In this document: positions 59,501 to 64,000 of the stretch, piece after piece | Layout of the letters: each line of letters opens with the position of its first letter | Position numbering within the stretch: position 1 is the first letter of the stretch | From: the human T2T-CHM13v2.0 reference genome, Homo sapiens | DNA: 64,000 nucleotides | Assembly (NCBI RefSeq): GCF_009914755.1 | Contig: NC_060929.1 | Strand: one strand, 5' to 3' | Position numbers and translations under genes: made by a program | The notes under the pieces: generated by a model | What the model was told of the DNA's origin: nothing | The model's input: only the letters and a program-made list of their open reading frames with translations | The model's database searches: none

Positions 59501-59812
59501 GATGCAGCACTACACACGCTCTCAACACTATGATAGAGCAGACTCTTTTACCTTAGTGGCCTGTCTGATTGCATGCATGTAAATGGGGGGAGGGGAGTCA
59601 AACAAATCAAGGCTATGCATAAACAGAAAACAAAGCAATATTCGTAAAGCTAGGCAAGCGAGCGTAACATTGGAGAAACATAAGGCTTGAGGCTTATTGA
59701 TTCTTTAGATCACAACCGTTTGGATTCGCTTTCCTTCTTAAATATCGGTGTACCATTTTGGCTTCAAAACAATCTCTTCTTGCTTCTGCCCCTCTCTTTG
59801 AGGAAGGCTTGC
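56586..59812 (-). other. DPYSL3: DPYSL3 3'UTR (end approximate)
   Basis: Repeat-poor 3.2 kb from the stop codon to the - strand ATTAAA at 56605-56610. Confidence 0.75.
56605..56610 (-). terminator. DPYSL3 distal polyadenylation signal ATTAAA
   Basis: + strand TTTAAT; U/GU-rich sequence lies downstream on the - strand. Confidence 0.7.
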
Positions 59813-59901
59813 TTAACTCAGAGATGTGATATTAGAACGGCCGCCTGGGGGCGCCACGATGCGCTTGCTGGCTGAGCGAACCCCCTCATCCACTTGGGTG
59901 C
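59813..59901 (-). CDS. DPYSL3: DPYSL3 last coding exon: (G)TQVDEGVRSASKRIVAPPGGRSNITSLS*
   Basis: ctgtag acceptor, CRMP C-terminus RIVAPPGGRSNITSL, TAA at 59813-59815. Confidence 0.97.
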
Positions 59902-60189
59902 CTACAGTTGGAAATAAATTCCCAGGGGGAAAAAAAAAACAGAGTGGCGGGTAGGGGGATGTGGGCAAGAGAGAAACTGGGTTAATTTTAAGAGTGCAAG
60001 ATATGAAGTGCCTTGCTGGCCTCACCTCCCAAGAAACTTCCATTCCAGTCTATCAGGTCTTCTAGACTTTTCTTATGGCCCCGAAAACTAGCCTCTGGTA
60101 GGAAAAGCCAAGTTCTTATCTAGATTTCATCTGACCCAGAGCATGATAATAATACTGGGAAGAAGAACAATGACAAAGACGTGACACTC

Positions 60190-60350
60190 ATTGTGGCAGG
60201 CAATGTTTTCCGTGCTTAACCATTATCTCCTTTAATCCTCACCACCATGGTTTGAGAGAGGTGCCCTTATCTGTTTTACAGAGGAGATAACTGAGGTTCT
60301 GAAAGGTTAGGTCACTTGCCCAAGATCCCACAGTGCAAAGCAGTGATGGT
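60190..60350 (-). mobile_element. MIR fragment
   Basis: ttttacagaggagataactgaggttctgaaaggttaggtcacttgcccaag. Confidence 0.75.
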
Positions 60351-61336
60351 CAGGTCTTTGTGACAACAGCACAAAAAGAAATTTCAATGTGTGCTTGGGT
60401 CTATTCAGAAAGGAGCCTCTAAAAGCTTAAGAATTAAGGTAGCCAGAGAACAACAACAACAAAAAAAAAAAGGCAAAAACTTTGAAAAAAATTGCTTATG
60501 ACTAGCAGAATGTGACCTCTGGCAAAGTTACCTCCAAACTTTAAACTCTTTTCCTTTGTCTTTCTTCCCCTAGGTCTCCCTTACCTCTTTCTCCCATGTT
60601 TCTGTTTCTCCCATTCCATACCCTTTCCTCATATGCTGTAATTTTACCTTTAAATGTCTTTCTTTTCTTGTTATCTTACTTCCTTCACATTTAAATTATT
60701 CATTATAGGAATGCGAATCTACATTTATTTTTCTCCATTTTAAGACTACTGGTTATGGAGCAACTGAATGATTATTTTCTAATTATATCAGAGAGTTCGT
60801 AAAGAATAGGTAAGACTAATCACATGGCTAACACATAGTAGATGTTCAATCAGTGGTAGCTAGTGTTAGCATTATTATAATTACTAGGAATGGGAGAATA
60901 TAATAAAAATCCTAGGTTAGAAGACGCTACTGCAATTTGAGCATAAAAATAATTTAAGCTATCTTTTAATCTGGACAAATAAAGAAAACATACTATGTTG
61001 CATAGCGCTCATAGGCTAATGCTGGAAATCACTATCAATTCATAGAGGGGACCAGCTCCCCGACCCTGCCCCCAACCAGGGCTGATCTCTAGGCAGAATC
61101 AGTTACCACTTAAACCTGGTCTTCGGCCTGACTGCCTTGTCTTACTTTCTTACCAGGACCCCTTGTCAATTCAGGGACCCTTCCTGCTTGCCCCAGTAAC
61201 CTTCTCCCTAAAGTTGACACCAGTGCTAGGCTGGAAAACTCCTTCAGGTTGAGTTCTGAGGAACACCCTGTGGCCTCAGAACATTGATCTTCCCCTTCCC
61301 CCTTCTCTTATCTTTTGATGAGCCTGTCCCACTCAC

Positions 61337-61499
61337 CTGACAGGCTAAATCCCGACTGATGAAGATTCCTCACAGGTGGGTTCGGCCGAGTAGGAGAGCC
61401 CCGAGCAGAGCCTGCGGGGGTGCCACCTTTGGGGGTGGTGGTCAGGTCAAACACAGGCCCATCGTACATGCCCCTTGGGACGGCATGCAGGTCTGCCAT
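61337..61499 (-). CDS. DPYSL3: DPYSL3 penultimate exon (163 nt): [54 protein letters not shown](G)
   Basis: ctgcag acceptor, gtgagt donor. Contains the CRMP phospho-tail [15 protein letters not shown] (primed GSK3 sites). Confidence 0.97.
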
Positions 61500-62594
61500 C
61501 TGCAGCCAGAGAAGAGCATGTCACCATTCATTCATTCAGCATTTTAGGGTCTGTTCTAGGTATCATAAATATATTAGTGAATACAGTGTGTGGTGGGAGC
61601 TAGGAATTAACAATAATAAAGATAATTTGAGGAAGGGAGAAGTAGTATAAAATAAATAAAGGAGGATGTGATGATAGAGTGACAATGGATGTGGTCAGTG
61701 AAGGCCCTTCTAAATAGATGAGCTTCGATCAGAAGGATCAAAGGACGTTGCTATGGGGTTGGGGTTGCCAGAGGGAGGAGGTTGGAGGGATACCGGGGAG
61801 TGGTGTGGATGACAGAGAAGCCAGCAAAGAGAAGAGCAAGGGCAGACAGCTGAAGTGGGAGTGATTATGAAATAGAAGAACAGCAGTACAGCTGGAGCAG
61901 AGGGATAGGAAGGGTAGGTCATGACACGAGGTCGCAGGTCCTGGCCAGGATGGGATCACATGGGAGCTCCACCCTCACACTCTTCAGCACACACCAGGGT
62001 GGGCAGGCCTTGAAGTGAGTGTCTGTGGTCTGACCCACTGACCTCTGTCTGTGGCTGTGAACTTGCCCTGGGACTGTGGAGCCAGCCAGCAACTTCCACC
62101 CAGCACATGCTCTGCTAGGCCTTGTGCCAGGCACTAGGGCCTTTGGCCATGGGAAACACGGTACCTCCTGCAAAGGGGCTTACAGTCAACTGGACAAACA
62201 CTGCAAGACCACCCATGGCAGCGGCACACAACCTCCACCCATTTCTTAACTTTGGCCAGAGGGGAGGCAATGAGGACGCGCTGCCAGAGGAGCCTGACCG
62301 TGCAGGATGGATCATCACAAGAAGTCCTGTCAGAGCCTCCTTCCCTGTTAGTGACTCAAATGCCAGCACAGAAGCCGAGCCCATCAAATGTGCAGATGCT
62401 AATGATTCTAGTGATGTGATGACTGTATCTGTACTCCCCAAAACCAAGAACTCTACATCATCAACACTTCCCTGGTTTCAGAATCTAAATCACACTCATA
62501 GAAATAAAGGGTCAATATTGGGGAAGTCTCCTTCTCTATTAGGCCCAAACTGGAGTGTGGAGCTCAAATTCCACAATCCTAGGGTAGGGCTAAT

Positions 62595-62631
62595 ACACAT
62601 ATATATACAAACACATATATATACGTATATC

Positions 62632-62663
<32 letters not shown>

Positions 62664-63000
62664 GTGTGTGTATAGAAAGTATAATACAATAAATACAATA
62701 AATATAAATATGTGAATATATTTATTTATACGCATTTTTGTTTTTAATTATATTTATTGTATTGTTATAATACAATACACAATACAATATAAATATATAA
62801 ATGTTTATTTATATATTTATATATTATTCTATATTTATATATTAAGTATATATAAATATAATACATATATTGTAAATATATATTTAATTTCTCTGCACCT
62901 CCATTTTTTATACGCATGCATACATTTGCACACATGTATGTATCTATAGACCTATATATATATATATACACACATATCTCTGTGTGTGTTTATATATAAA
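62595..63000. repeat. AT-rich (TA)n low-complexity tract
   Basis: Directly visible in the sequence. Confidence 0.9.
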
Positions 63001-63443
63001 ATCAGAGAAATAAAGTTTTATTGAAAATACAGTAGCTAAAATGTTATAAGTGTTTGCCCCTGTGGAGCAGCACTGGACAGAATGACACAGGGATGTGTCG
63101 GTGTGGATTCTCGGTTCTCACCTTCAGACTTGAAGAGTCATTTATTTTTTAAAAAAATACACTGGCCTTATTTTGAATTATTCGAATTTAAATTATTTTT
63201 AATAAAGTACTATAAAAATGTGGGAAAAGTCATTTGGGAAAAAAAGCTCTCTTTGAACAAAAATTTTCAACACCCTCTTTAATAGTACATTAAGTCTGTG
63301 TAGTTGTTCTTGGGGACAAGACTGTCACTGAATTTCTCTGTGAGAGTCTAGAGATCACAGTGCCCTGTGTTCATGGTTACTATCTCTGAGCGTGAGTGGA
63401 ACACAAAGCTCCTGCACCACCTCAGAGCTCCAATGCTTTTTAC

Positions 63444-63623
63444 CTTCCTCCGTGCTTTAATGCGCTTGTAGACATAGTCGGAGAACGGGCTGCAGGGTAT
63501 GAAGCGGCCAGCCCCCTGGGTCACGTGCAGGTTGCCATCTTCCAGCATGATCTTGCCCTGGCAGATGACAACCAGAGGAGCCCCGCGCAGCTCCATCCCT
63601 TCAAAGATGTTGTACTCTGCCGC
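63444..63623 (-). CDS. DPYSL3: DPYSL3 (CRMP4) exon (180 nt): [60 protein letters not shown]
   Basis: ctag acceptor and gtaaaa donor on the - strand. Dihydropyrimidinase-like/CRMP C-terminal sequence. Confidence 0.97.
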
Positions 63624-64000
63624 CTAGAGGCAGGGGTGAGAAGCAAAGCCACAGTAAGGGTAGAGAAAGAGGAACGTACCTTCTCTCCTTGAGACCTTCA
63701 GTGTCATTTGCTGCTGATTCACCAGGTAAGCCAGGAAAAGCTCACCATGCATCTGCAAGCATCCAGTGGGTAGAAGGCACCGGAGACAGATTTACTAAGA
63801 CAAGACTAAACTTCCTAGCAAAAAGAAGTGTCCGGTCTTTAATAAGGTCCTCAAGTGGAAGTCAACTTTTGTCTTGGGTAGTGTTCAAAGAGAAGCTGGA
63901 TAACTATCCAGGATGCTGTACATCACTGTCTTGTATTGAGCAGGTGGGCAGAGAGGTTATGTGGCCTTTAGGTCCCTCTAGCTCCAAATTAAATAACATG

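Noticed and set aside
62122-62664. 180-aa ORF antisense in a DPYSL3 intron
   Set aside because: Non-ATG start, no domain or splice support, and it ends in a (TA)n tract.
63396-63692. 98-aa + strand ORF
   Set aside because: Antisense shadow of the DPYSL3 exon.

Overview
Mammalian (human-type) genomic DNA, repeat-rich and mostly intronic, holding the 3' portions of two convergent genes. On the + strand are the last eight coding exons of the AGC/YANK kinase STK32A (YANK1). They splice into one open frame running from (H)RDMKPDNILL through DFN, APE and FIIFNREK to QNNNL*, followed by a ~3.9 kb 3'UTR. On the - strand are the last three exons and ~3.2 kb 3'UTR of DPYSL3 (CRMP4). The introns contain Alu/FAM/FLAM/FRAM, MIR, L1, L2, DNA-transposon fossils and several LTR elements: a THE1B fused to half a MER41, a two-LTR MLT1A-type MaLR, and a solo LTR7 (HERV-H) with a perfect target-site duplication (TSD). 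Almost all entries in the ORF track are spurious. I found no convincing new multi-gene system. The most interesting signals are alternative STK32A C-termini (one from an exonized DNA transposon), LTR regulatory remnants, a 204-bp local duplication, inverted Alus around the activation-loop exon, and a cluster of regulatory motifs in the DPYSL3 3' end. Repeat subfamily names come from recalled consensus sequences and their boundaries are approximate.
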